From positions 992,001 through 1,056,000 of the forward strand of contig OZ218956.1 in assembly GCA_965112735.1 (NCBI GenBank): a stretch of DNA of 64,000 nucleotides, given 5' to 3'. Positions 50,125 to 61,575 of this stretch are shown piece after piece. This DNA is from Phaeosaccion multiseriatum. Its lineage: Eukaryota; Protista; Ochrophyta, other classes. The translations under genes and the position numbers were made by a program. The notes beneath the pieces are model-generated. The model saw only the letters and a list, made by a program, of their open reading frames with translations, was not told the DNA's origin and searched no databases. Each line of letters opens with the position of its first letter. Position 1 is the stretch's first letter.

Positions 50125-52134
50125 TCTGGTCGATGGTTTCGGCGCCGTCGTTGAGAAAGTACCGTCCGCCGTGGACGGCGAGCAACACCCGGCGGGTCGG
50201 GGTGACGGCACCCAGGTCGATTACGGAGGGGAAGATGGACTGTAACACCTGCAAGAGGACAGAGTAGTATGATGAGCGGACATTGTTCGAAAGCGATTGT
50301 ACGACCTAACTCGCTTCCCCAGAAATCAACCTCCCTCCCAATAGTATGATTGAGCTGATGCATGGTGACGCACTCACCCGAACGAACTCGGCGTAGGTGT
50401 AAGGGCTGTCGCCGCGCTCCCAACCCTCCGTGTGTGCGAAGGTCTGAATGGCTGAGTCTGTCGGGTCGATCCACTCGATGAAGAGCGCCTTTCGCGCTTT
50501 TGCTGCTAGCTTCCCGATGGCCTGCGCCAGACTGCCCGAGCCCTCGGAGCAGTTAAAGATCCAGTGCACTAAGGCCAGCGCGACAACCACGTCCGCGCCG
50601 TGCTCCAGCTCCTCCAGCTTGCGGTTATCGACGTGCAGCCTGCCTGTCAGGGGCTCGCCCAAGTGGGAAATGGCGGCTTCGACATTCCTGTGGGCGGACA
50701 AACAGGTGGACGAAACAGAGCAACCGTCGCGTGAGCTGATGGACCTGAAGAGGGGGGATCAGCCGTCCGATAAAGCATGACATTTCTCTCATCCAACCAA
50801 GCCCCCTTCGCGGGTCAGTGTACTTCCGCCCCGCCCCGCCCATTTTCTGTTGCTCACGTACGTGGTATAGGTAGGGTCCATGTCCAACAGTGTGGCCTCG
50901 CGGGCGCCATACCGCAGCGCGCTGAAGCAAAAGTAGCCGTGATTGCCCCCGATGTCCAGCAGCGACAAGCCCCGTACGTGCTTCTTGAGAATGGGATCGA
51001 TGAGAGCGCTTTTGGTCTGGATGCCCTCAGACATGGCCTTTAGTCCAAATTCGAACGCATGTCCCTCGGTGACATCTTCCCCTGCTCCTGCACTGCCCGC
51101 AGTCTCCTCGTTTAAAACAAGCCGTCTTTGTGCCACCTGGAAGGCCTGGTAGCCGTGAAACTCGACGAAAGGCAGCCCGTCGGGTGTTTCAAAGCGTTCA
51201 AACTGCGCCCCCGGTGCATACATGTTGGGTTGTCGGCAGAGTGCACTTCTCACCTCGTTCCCCACCCCCCTGCCCGCTATTGCTCCGCCTGCTCCTGCGC
51301 CTGTCGGCGGTTGCAAAGACTCCAACTGCTCAAGGAGAGCGTCAAGCTCGTCAGTAGACCACTGCCTCGGTATCCACCGGTCGTCTTCCTCCACCATTCT
51401 CTCGTCCACCATTGCGGAGACCACGGGCGCCAGCCACCTCGTGTCCAGCCTCGCAAACACCGTCAACATCGTCTGCAGCACCAAACCGGCGCTGTACACA
51501 TCACTGGGGCCGTGAGGGTGGGCATAGCCGCCGTTCAACACTCTCGGTGGGGGGAACATGGGCGCGACTAAGGGAGACATTGCCCACGTGAAATCCACCA
51601 GGATGAGTCTATGATGCCGCTCCTCCACATTCCCCACCGCTGCTTCTCCCAGTTCCGTTGGGGTGGTCACGATAAAGTTGGCTGCACGAACGTCTCTGTG
51701 AATGATGGACGAGCTCCGAAGCGCTCTGAGTATGCCTAGCATGTCCCTGACGATCCGTCGGTACTCCTCTTGCTCGCGAATGGTACTCACATGCACGACC
51801 AAGTCCACCCCTTCCACGTACTCTGTCAGACACACGGACGCCTTGGACAAGGCGTGGGCGGGGAGCAAGTAGTAGGCTCGCGGGAAGAAGGGAGGGATAC
51901 CACTGCTGCTGCTGCTGCTGCTGCTGCTATCGATCGAGGCACTGTCACTTTCCAGCATGAATAAGTGCACACACTCCACAACGGCAGCGTCGTACCCCTT
52001 CTCGGGCCAGTCAATCCTGCTGGTGCGCGCCTGAAAGGGTATAGACAGAGAGGCGGTACTCGCCATATTAGGAAGGAAATTAGGTGGGGGGGGGAAGAGA
52101 GGGAAGGGACCATACCAAGGCCACTGTCGCCCCC

Positions 52135-52178
<44 letters not shown>

Positions 52179-52518
52179 CGGCACCCACCTTGAAAGACTT
52201 GAACTTGTCGGTGCACGGGGCCTCGCTGTCTTGTAGCTCGACCTGGAAGGTCCGCGACGTACCCCCCACCACTTCTGTCCAATCTGTGTCCTCCAGTGCT
52301 ATTCCACAGCTGGCAAGCTCCGTGGTCAAGGGATTGGTCGTTGGGAGGTAGCTGAGCGCCCTGATGCTGGCCATGTGCGCCCAGGGAAGCACAGCAGCTC
52401 CATCCGCGTCCCCATGCTGATCATCTCCATCTGCCGCTACTGCTGCCGCTACTGCGGCCGCTGCCGGCCCCCGAGAGACGACGCCTCCAAGCAGAAGCAG
52501 GAGAGTCAACAAGAACAT
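50090..52518 (-). CDS. Signal peptide + protein-kinase-like domain + class I SAM-dependent methyltransferase fusion
   Basis: Exons 52518-52189, 52030-50862, 50687-50378 and 50248-~50090. Signal MFLLTLLLLLGGVVSRG. Kinase: GGTSRTF, TEYVEG, IIHRDVRAANF, LVDFTWA, SDVYSAG. MTase: LLDIGGNHGYF, LLDMD, ADVVVALALVHWIF, LFIEWIDPTD. The 3' end is uncertain. Confidence 0.85.
52139..52178. repeat. (GA)n microsatellite, intronic
   Basis: gagagaga... run. Confidence 0.9.
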
Positions 52519-52743
52519 GCCCTGCCACTCTGTGGTGAGCGTTATGAAAGAGAATGGAATGAGCCGGTGAGTAGATCTTATTGACTTAATAGGAATCACC
52601 GGTGAGATTGAATACGCACATTGGTGATACAAGTTTACTCACAACTTATTTTATATCATTATTTACCTCACCCCCTCTATCCCCTCGTCCCCTCATAATG
52701 TCCCCCTCTCCGTACCGTCTAATAGTCCTTTAAAAGTGTGCTG
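52519..52743. promoter_or_regulatory. Probable bidirectional promoter shared by the kinase-methyltransferase and GT-B genes
   Basis: 225-bp AT-richer gap between divergent ATGs. Confidence 0.45.
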
Positions 52744-54051
52744 ATGCGTGCGATTAGCCCCGTCGTGATGCTAATCATAACCTTTCCTTTTTCTGAAGTG
52801 GTATCTGCCTTGTCGACGCCTTCGACAACAGAGATGGAGGAGGAGCAGCCGAGTCCTAAGCAGCTTCTCGAAGAGTGGTATGGGGAGGAGGGGGAGAATA
52901 AGGAGCGGCGGGACTTGGAATGCGGGCAGAGTGGGAAAGAGGAGCAGCAGCTGCCGGGAGGCTTGGGCGCGAACCTGCCAGGAGGCTTCGAGAGTGTTTA
53001 CATCCTCTTTAAAGGCAGCCTCTTTGAGGAAACTTCCTACGGGATCCAAGAGCTGCTTGCCACAGAAGGTGTCGTGGCGTACGTTTCCAGCATGACCGAA
53101 GACTACGTATGGGAAGCGGGCATGCTAGACCCGTCCGCACTCTTTATACTCCTGGGTTGGATTCATGACTTTCCAGTAAAGCCGCTACGTTTCAAGTATG
53201 TCCTGATTCAGATGGAGCAAACGCAGAGCAATTGGTTCATTCAAGCGCCCTACCAAAAGGCAATGAGAGACGCGCTTGCCATTTGGGACTACAGCCCCGT
53301 GGCAGTCCAGCTGGAGCGGGAAGCGGGCCTCTATGCGTTCGAGATTGGAATGCCCATAGACTCAGCGTACCTCAGTGTTCCATACGCGTTCACTGATGTG
53401 TCCAAACCAGTGCCTGATGAGCTTCGGGTGATCGATGTGCTGTGGTATGGAGTAAATACCGAGCGACGGGAGGAGTTCTTCCAGCTCATGCAGGCGACTT
53501 GCAAAGAGCACGGGTATGGTACAGTGTATAGGCACGTCAACCTTTATGGCTCAGGGAGGGACGAAGTTGTTACTTTGAGCAAGGTCGTGCTGAACATTCA
53601 CGCTTTCTGTGACTACTTGCAACTCGAGGTCCACCGGCTTCACTACCTCCTCTCGATGGGCAAGGTAGTGGTCAGCGAGAGAGGGGATGACCCCGAGCTA
53701 GAGAAGCTGTACGAGGGAGCCGTCGTCTTTTCTGATCTGGAGGACATGCCCCGAATCGCTGGGGACCTCATTCAAAACTCAACATGGCGATGGGAGATTG
53801 AAGGAAAGGCGAGGGCCTTGGCGGAGAAGCTTCAAGGCGAGGGCAGTACCCTGGTGCAGGCGTGGAGGAGCACGATGGAGCTGGCGGGATACGTAGATGA
53901 GCACGGAGTCTTTCCCAACGGCCGAGCCGCTCAGGGGCAGCAAGAGAGTGAGGAAGATTCAAGAATAGTCGTTCTACCGTCGCTGGAGCTCAAGAGGGAA
54001 GACTTTACGCATCTGTCGCAGCTGAAACAGAGACTGACAAGTGGACACTGA
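52744..54051 (+). CDS. Intronless GT-B (family 1/Glyco_trans_1_2-like) glycosyltransferase with signal peptide
   Basis: YVLIQMEQ, AIWDYSP, IDVLWYGVNTERR, LYGSGRDEVVTLSKVVLNIH, LEVHRLHYLLSMGKVVVSERGDD, YEGAVVF. Hydrophobic N-terminus MRAISPVVMLIITFPFSEVVSA. Confidence 0.8.
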   Translation: MRAISPVVMLIITFPFSEVVSALSTPSTTEMEEEQPSPKQLLEEWYGEEGENKERRDLECGQSGKEEQQLPGGLGANLPGGFESVYILFKGSLFEETSYGIQELLATEGVVAYVSSMTEDYVWEAGMLDPSALFILLGWIHDFPVKPLRFKYVLIQMEQTQSNWFIQAPYQKAMRDALAIWDYSPVAVQLEREAGLYAFEIGMPIDSAYLSVPYAFTDVSKPVPDELRVIDVLWYGVNTERREEFFQLMQATCKEHGYGTVYRHVNLYGSGRDEVVTLSKVVLNIHAFCDYLQLEVHRLHYLLSMGKVVVSERGDDPELEKLYEGAVVFSDLEDMPRIAGDLIQNSTWRWEIEGKARALAEKLQGEGSTLVQAWRSTMELAGYVDEHGVFPNGRAAQGQQESEEDSRIVVLPSLELKREDFTHLSQLKQRLTSGH

Positions 54052-54918
54052 CAAGGCGGCAGGGAGGAAAGCAACACTGACAACGACAGCAGCGCGCGGA
54101 AGAGCCAAGCAGAGAGGGGATGCGGGAGAAGGAGCCTCTCTCTTGGCGAGCTGAATGAGCAAGGTTCCGTGGAAGGCCTTGAAGAGATTGAGACTGTGTC
54201 GAAGGGGAGAAGATGCTGAACCCCAGCGAAACGCTGGAACTTGGAAAGGTCCGGCTGAGGAAGCAGAGTTTCAGCCCGTCACAGGTTTCTGCTCACCACC
54301 ATCTGAAGAGGCATGGGCTACTTGACGCACCGCGGCCGGGGGGCGGGGGGCGGCAAAGGGTGGCTGGTGAGAACAGTAGCGAAGGGCCACAGCCATGCCG
54401 CAGCGTCCACTCAACCTCTGAGCGTGGGTACCTTGGTGCGAGGGTATGAGTGAAAGATGGCAGTGGCGGGATGGCCCCTGCCACTTGCGCAGCAACGCTC
54501 GCACGCGCGGGCATCAACGTGGAGTCAGATAGCTCTGCGCAGCGCAGGTCCTGGGGCCTGGTTCAGGGCTCGACCCAAAGCATCATCAACTGGCAGTCTG
54601 CCCCTGCCCCCTGCCGATCCGCAGGCGGCTATGCCACTACGGCAGCTATAGGGTTGGTGCGTCGTTCAGTGAGCCATAGCACACGCACCCGTCCATCCTC
54701 TTGCCCCCCCCCTCCCTCACTCACTCACTCACTCACTCCACTCTCACTGAACCACTCACTCAATGGCCCGCTCGGTATCTCCTGCCTCCCCCCCCCAGGT
54801 GTTCGCCGGGTACCTCTCCGTGGACAAAGTGAGTAGACTTCACGTCCGGAGAGAGGCCCAGGCAGAGCAAAGGCGCAGGCTTGCTCCTGCTGCTGCAGCG
54901 TCCCTGTCAGGCTCGTAA
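54052..54918 (+). pseudogene. Coding-like but interrupted region downstream of the GT-B stop, ending in a spliced transmembrane-like segment
   Basis: ORFs 54213..54449 and 54450.. share a frame and are split by one TGA. An apparent intron (~54657-54798) joins GGYATTAAIGL to VFAGYLSVDK..* (TAA 54916-54918). Confidence 0.25.
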
Positions 54919-55305
54919 CGGGCGGCCTGCGAGACTCTCGAAAAGCACTGACTGAGTCGGAGGAAGAGAACCTGCTCTCACATCTAGGTGCTGCTGATTG
55001 CGAGGCGTAGTTGCACGATGCTAGCAGCATGGGCTACGCTGGTGGCCCGCTTGAAAAAGGAGCGCGCGCGGTACAGGAGAACTATACGATAGCCGGCCAA
55101 GCATGAGCGAGCTCTCTTTACGGCCGGCAGCAGGGCCTCACGATGCAAGGAACTGGAATTTCTTTCACCGTACTCTGCGCGTTTTAGTAAGCAATCACCC
55201 CTCCCTGAAGGTGAACCATGCCCCTGTGATTAAGTCCAAGACGAGTGTGTGAGTCAGGTGGCGCTTGCGATCTTGTGGGAATTCACCCCTTCTATTTATC
55301 AGAGC

Positions 55306-56945
55306 CTAGGTCTTGGCATCGCTCTTCGCCACGGCGTGGTTTGCCTCGTACTGCTGCTCTGTGCGCATAGCGATACATGAACTTTGTAGGTCCGCGTCCA
55401 CTACTACTGCTGCTGCTGCTGGTGCTGGTGCTGCTGTTGCTGCTGCCTCGTCATCCCGCCGCCGCTGGTCCATCTTCTCTCGTCCACCAGCGCTCTGTTG
55501 CCGTGAACGCTTTCTCTCTTTCCGCAGCTCTCGAACTCTGGTCGCATTCGTCGCCAAGGCCATGAGCAGCAGCAGTAGCAGGCGCGGGGTACAGGAAGGA
55601 TTAGTCTTTGTAGTCTGCTTCGATGTTGTAGCCCTACGACATTGTTCCCTTCCACCTACCTGTCCATGTCTGTGCCGGCCTTGCCCAGCGCATCCCGTCG
55701 CTCCTTCCTCCGCTCAGTGTCAGGCACCATCACCAGCTCCATGTTGTTCTAAAGCAAGAGTGGGGATGCCAACGGAGAGGTGGAGAGGGGAAAGCAACGC
55801 AGAGGAAGCAGCAAAGCAAGGGTAAGCACAAGCGCAGAGACGTTGAGTGGCGAACTCGACGGGAACTGGCCGCTGGCGCCGGCATTGGAACACCGCAGTG
55901 CTTACCCTCTTCGCGTTCAGCAGGATGCGCTGTGCCGTTGTCTGCTCAACCCCCGCGGGGAGGGGATAGGACATGACAGAGCAGTAGGATGAGCTTACGT
56001 CAGAAGTGGGGAAGGACCAGTCTTGATGAGTAAAAAGGAGGGATATTGGGAATACTCTGAGAGCATATAAAAGAAAAATTGACGCAAGCCTCCATCCAAA
56101 AGCCCCATGAGCGTGTGCGCACCGCATGGTATGATACGCAGCGCCGAACCCCCGCACACACGAGCAGCTTGTAGCAGGTCAAGCACGGAGGCCGCGTGAT
56201 GTAAAAAGTCGAGCCTTCGAGTTTGATCCCTGTGTATTCGATAAACGGCCGCAGAGCGTGGAAAGAATGAGACCACGACCTCTCACCCTCAACACAACGG
56301 GGAGCTGGGACAAGGCCTACGTATCGATTCATCGAGCTGGGGTGATTGCTCTCATCCACTAACCGTGTCGAGCGCAGTAGCTGACGGCATTGGCCTCGGC
56401 GTGGCAATCCGAGGTGCGGCCGCCGAAGATGGGCGAGTTGATGGCGTTGAGTATGATGCGCGCACCTGAGCCTGCTTCGTCCTGGGGCACGGCGCTTCCT
56501 CCCCCTATATCTGTACCCTGAGTCACGACACAGCCCATGCTTCCCTCCTTGCTGCGGCGTGCACCAAGCAAAGTAGAAAGCAGAGCACATCGCGACATAT
56601 AGAGGGGATAGAGAGGACTTCATCAGGCAAAGGGACAAAGAGGGGGGAGGAGGGCGCCACGCAAGCCTTACCACACGCTGTTCCGAGCCATAAGATAGGC
56701 GAGGTCTAGGTAGTTCTCGTCCACACTGTTGCGAGAAGGCACAAGATGCAAGGCAAAGAAAGGAGGAATGTGAGGACAAAGGGAGGGAGGGCAGGACGAC
56801 CCCCCCCTTTTCTTTTTTTTTACCTTTCGCCTGGTGTCCACTTCCAGTCGAACGTGGAGAGGGACCGTACATCCAGAGGTTTGAAAGACCCCGCAAAGGG
56901 GCCATTGTTCTTGTGCTCTTCTCGCGGTGACTCCGAGTCCTCCAT
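55306..56945 (-). CDS. Cytidine/deoxycytidylate deaminase family protein (dCMP deaminase-like)
   Basis: Spliced: DENYLDLAYLMARNSVCKEGSMGCVV, DCHAEANAVSYCARHGIKLEGSTFYITRPPCLTCYKLLVCAGVRRCV (HAE + PCxxC zinc motif), then NNMELVMVPDTERR..RVRELRKERK. The middle exons are uncertain. Confidence 0.85.
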
Positions 56946-57095
56946 CCTGTTAGATGATTGAAGTAATTAAGCCATTTGTGAATGCCTGCAGGATGTTGAA
57001 CTGGCCAACCAATCAACTGCCACCTTCACACTAAGTCAATAAAGTCCTTCACACTATCAGCCTCCGGTGCTCCGGGATCGGGATAGACTCCGGGA

Positions 57096-57313
57096 ATGGA
57101 TGGGCGGAGGACGACGACGACGAGGAGGAGGAGAAGGGCACCATCAGTCGTTCCGTTTTTGCCTGCCTCTTGCCTGTTGTGGCTCCTCGGCGGAGGGGGG
57201 AAGCTGTTGCCAGCTCGAGATCACAACCCAGAAGGACCGATACTATGGGGGGGGGGCTCGTTGCGTGTGGCCGAAGGCGCCCAGATAGGAGGAGATCAAT
57301 TCCAGACCTACTC

Positions 57314-57356
<43 letters not shown>

Positions 57357-60300
57357 CAGGACCAGCAGCGGGAGAAATTTGAGAGAGTCTTCATTCTGTA
57401 CAAGGAGGTGTCACCGTTTGCCAATAATATCCGTGACACTGCTAACGGGTTGGGAGAGGGACTAAAGAGGATCATATCCCAGCAGAAAGAAGAACAGCAG
57501 CAGGGAGGGCCCGCCTTAACAGTGCTAGTTTCTGAAGTTTCAGAGGGGGAAGCTTTCCTCTGGGAGGGATGCATGAGGGACCCAAAGGTGAGCAACCTTG
57601 TGTGAGCGCGGGTTGGAAAGAAAGGGGCCGTCCCATCCTTGGAGCCTTTGATATCATATCTCCCTCCCTGTCCCAGCAGATCTTGTTCATTGTTTTGGGA
57701 GCGGCTGGTGAGTGGTTAGCCTTTCCCCAGGCCCGTCGCTACATACTTGTCCAAACCGAGCCTTTGGATGGGTTTGGACTCCTTCTTGATGCGTACCAAC
57801 AGAAGCTTCGAAATGCTTTGGCTATTTGGGACTTCGGACCCGACTCTGCTCAGGTATCAGTTGCCTTGATCTCTAAAAACGCAGAGCAGGTTTGCACGGT
57901 CGAGCCTGAGTGTCTGATTGAGTGTGGTGCGTTTGTCAACGTGTTGTGGTTGTATGCTTACAACACAAGAACCAATTCTTCCACCAAACCTGCTCCCTTG
58001 GGTCTCAGGTTTTGCGGGCCGCAGGATTGCATGTCTGGCATGTCGATCCCCCTGTCTCCGGCCACGCGGTGCGCAACTCACAAATCTTTGGCTTTGTGGA
58101 CGAGGAGCCAATTGGGCCTGAGCGGCGGCCCATAGGTAGGGATTAAGGGAAGGGCTTGGTGTGTCTCTTGTGCGTCTATCTATATGACTCTCCCTCTTTC
58201 TCTCTCCATTCGCCATGTGAAAGATGTGGTAGTCGATGGGTGGACGGGAACGAGCCGCGAGCACGCTTTTCTGCGCGCTGGCTTGGTGCCCCGGGCAGAG
58301 GCGTATGACCTAGAGCTGGACCGCATTTACATCAATTCTTTCATGCGAGGAGCACGCCGAGATGAGGCCCTTTTCTTGGCAAAGGTGGGTAGGTAGATGC
58401 AAAAAGGCGGAGGTCTGCAATTGACCTGGGGGCGAGTCAGGCAGCCTGGCCTTCTCCCACGTACCCCCGCCCCTACCCCCCCCTTCTCTTTGCAGGTGGT
58501 TGTGTGTTTACATGCGCACGGTCCCGCCAAGCACTTGCACAAGCAGCGCTTGTTCCACCTCCTGGCTATGGGTAAGTCAGCGTTCTTCCAGCGTTTGGTT
58601 GTTTTTAACTGAGAGGTGGACCCTCCCGAAAAGTCGGGGTTTCCTCTGCGTTTGGGGCGTATCTTTATGCGCCTCCTTCCCTCGGCGTTTGGACCTTGCT
58701 ACAGGCAAGGCTGTGGTGTGCGAACAGGGAGATGGGACCGAGCTCAGCGCTTGGTATGCCGACGCGGTTGTGTTTGTGCAGTCCCCAACTGAAGTCCTTC
58801 CTGCAGTGGCCACTTTGCTGAAGCACCCGGCTAAGCTCCGGCAGCTGGAACGGAGAGCATTGGCTCTTTGGCAGACTCACACGGCAAATACCTGGAACCA
58901 GACAGGGGGGGGGGGAGAAGGCATGGGAGGCGTGGGAGGTGCCGATTATCCCTCGCCATCGCCGCTGGAGGTGGCCTGGCGGGAGAGCCTGGCCCTAACT
59001 GCTCATCTGGAGAGGCAACCTGCCCTCCCCGACAGTGGAGAAAGGAGAGGTTCGCGAAGGGTTGACGAAGGGGGGATGGAAGAGCTATTATACTGCTCTG
59101 GTCAGGGCCCTGACGACAAGATGTTGGGGCCGAACAATAGCTCAGATGAGCTGTGGGCCGCTCGTGGAGCCCAACTCTCCAGTGCGTGGCAGGTGAGCCC
59201 AAATGACAAACTCCACACAGAGAGGGCACGGAGAAGCGGACTGCCCGTAATCAGTTTATGACAAGCCCACACGCGCGATTGGTCATGTACCCCTCCCTTC
59301 TTCAGGATCGTCTGTTGACCCCAACCCTCTTCAGCTGCTTCTCGATGGAACGCTCTGCTTCAAGCTATCAGTGCTTTGTCGTGGACTGCTGGCACCACCG
59401 TGTCCTCCTCGTCAACCCACCAGACCCGAGCAACCAGTCTTCGAAGCTAGAGAACGGCACTGGTGAGAACCAAATCGCTCTCCTTCCACCTTCTGCAAGA
59501 GGGCCGAAGCCAGGAAGGCCCGTCAGGTGAATCCATTAGCAAATTGTCTGCATTTGTTAGTGCATGCGTGCAAGCGCTGGCAGACTTTGGTGAGCACACG
59601 ACTGTCTCTGAAGTTATGACCCGCACCTTCTAACGACTGCAGGGAATGGGCGACAACTCTGGATCAAGACCCCATTGCTGCACCACATAGCCTCGCTCCG
59701 GATGAAGCTGGTACTCGCGTGCTTGTGGACTGTTCGGAGGAGAGGAGTGTCCGCGTATACGCCAAGACACATGCCGACTTGGGAGAGGAGGAAAGGGCGG
59801 GCAGAGGAGGTGCTCAGCAGGCTTATATCTTGGCTCAGATAATAGTATCACCCCGAGGGGGGGCACCTCACCGCATACGGTTCTCCAGGTGGGTTGGGAT
59901 AGTAGCGTAATGACTTTTCTGGAGCGATGGCTGTTCTCACGTGCGTAGCCCCCTCCCCCCTCCTTGCCTGTGCCGTCTCTTAGGGGGGCTTGGTATGTGC
60001 TCTTCAACTTACCGCTACACGTTGTGCGGCTGGTGGAAGACGACGCCAGAGGATGGCCATATGTCAAAGTGGATGCAAGCCCTCTCCTCCCGGAGCAGTT
60101 CCAGTGCTACTCTCGGTCCTTCTTCCTTGATTGGGATGACGGCGGTGACGAGAAGGAAGGTCCTGTGCCTCCGTGGAAAGGTCCTGTTCTCTACGTGATA
60201 TCCACGTGTGAGGCGGTCGCTCACGTTCAATGGTGGGGCCGGGGTGAGGAGACAGAGCTGGAGCTCGTTGCTGATTACAAGGTGCCTGAACATTGGAAAG

Positions 60301-60926
60301 AAGTGAATGACATACATCTGCTGGCAAAGTCGGGAGTAAGCGAGGCTGAAAGTCTTCCATGCCGAGGAGGAACAGCACCAGGAGCGTGTTCCAGAGATGA
60401 AAAGGCACCCGGCGGCATCCAAGATTCAGCTGCTGGCGAGTACCCGAGGTCGTCGGCTCCTCCTGCTCACCCTCCGTCGAGCTCGTCGTGGTGGCTTCTG
60501 ACGTCGTTTGCGCCCCTTCCCAGTCTGCAGTTGTGTAGCAACATTGCCTCTCTGTCCACCTCCTGCGTCGATATTCAGGAGCGCTGCGGACTTGGCCCTG
60601 ATGCTCTCCCGTATTTCTTCGGGAAAGCGCCTCCTCCTCCCTACGCTCGAGCCCTGTTTCACCGCAACGAAAGTCATGATGTGGTGTACCTCACTCTGAC
60701 CACTGTTGACTTCGAGCAGTCTGCGGATGACCCTGGCTCCGGCTCGGGACTGTATTACCTTCGCCTCACGAGACAGGAAGCAGAAGGAGATGAGGAGGAT
60801 CGGTCGGGAGTGTGGCAATGTGAGTCCGCGCTGGCGGCTCGCTTCGGATTCGGCTCTCGAGAGAGTTACGCACGCTTTCTTTCCGTGGTTGACTACAAAG
60901 GGTGGTCGATAAATCGCCCGGCGTAA
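57096..60926 (+). CDS. Second GT-B glycosyltransferase paralog (about 8 introns) fused to a C-terminal NHL-like beta-propeller
   Basis: RYILVQTEP, LRNALAIWDFGP, RPIDVVVDG, GARRDEALFLAKVVVCLHAH, RLFHLLAMGKAVVCEQGD, YADAVVF are collinear with gene 52744. Then FVVDCWHHRVLL, APHSLAPDEAGTRVLVD, GAPHRIRF, EVNDIHL. N-terminal basic + hydrophobic anchor and poly-Q. Confidence 0.7.
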
Positions 60927-60939
60927 TGAAGAGAGGACT

Positions 60940-61145
60940 CGTTTTCAACCCCTGATACACTATCGCCCAAGCGCTATCGGCCGCCGGCCAAATGATCGGC
61001 CCCATGCACGCCTAGCGGTTTTGCTCTAGGCCGCTAGGCCGCTCGGCCTTCAGCCGATCTAGGCCTAGGCCGGCGGCCTCCGCCCGCTCTAGCCCGCTCA
61101 CTTTTCAGTCCTAGGCGGCCTACATAGCCCGCCTCTAGGCAGCCT
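60940..61145. repeat. Intergenic patch dense in CTAGG/GGCC palindromic motifs; possible DNA-transposon subterminal remnant
   Basis: Repeated ctaggccg, cctaggc, ctagcccgc and atcggcc in both orientations. No TIR pair or TSD identified. Confidence 0.4.
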
Positions 61146-61575
61146 CCCAGTGACCGTGGGCGCGTGCGTGGTGCCGCCCAGCCAGTGGGTAGCAGCAACA
61201 CCTGTAGGTCTGCACTCCTCGTAGGGCCAGCGAGGCGGAAGAGACAACACGAACGAAGTCTACTCCTCACCTCCAATCCCATGCAATGAAACTGACTACT
61301 CTTTGCACTCTGGGCACTCCCACCGTCCGCCTAGTTGGCTGGCGTCTGCCCGCCGCCTATAGCAGCATTGTTGAAAATGATCACTTTCAGTTTGTTTGAA
61401 AGCTTGAACTGAAACTGGATCTTTGGGCAATGACTCCCAGGCGATGATTTTTCCATCCCTGTAGGTAGGGCATGCCCTTTTCTCCATTAGCGGGATGGAC
61501 CCGATCGAGTCCACTGCACTTGAAGTGGTTCCATAGAGAACCTTAGGGAACAGGAAGGAAGGAGTTTGCTTTGGA

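Noticed and set aside
50789-52282. Ordinary eukaryotic Ser/Thr signalling kinase
   Set aside because: Has a signal peptide without a TM segment, lacks the canonical GxGxxG/APE, and is fused to a methyltransferase. The ORF-track N-terminus runs through an intron.
54799-54830. VFAGYLSVDK as a serine carboxypeptidase N-terminal motif
   Set aside because: No other S10 peptidase motifs nearby.
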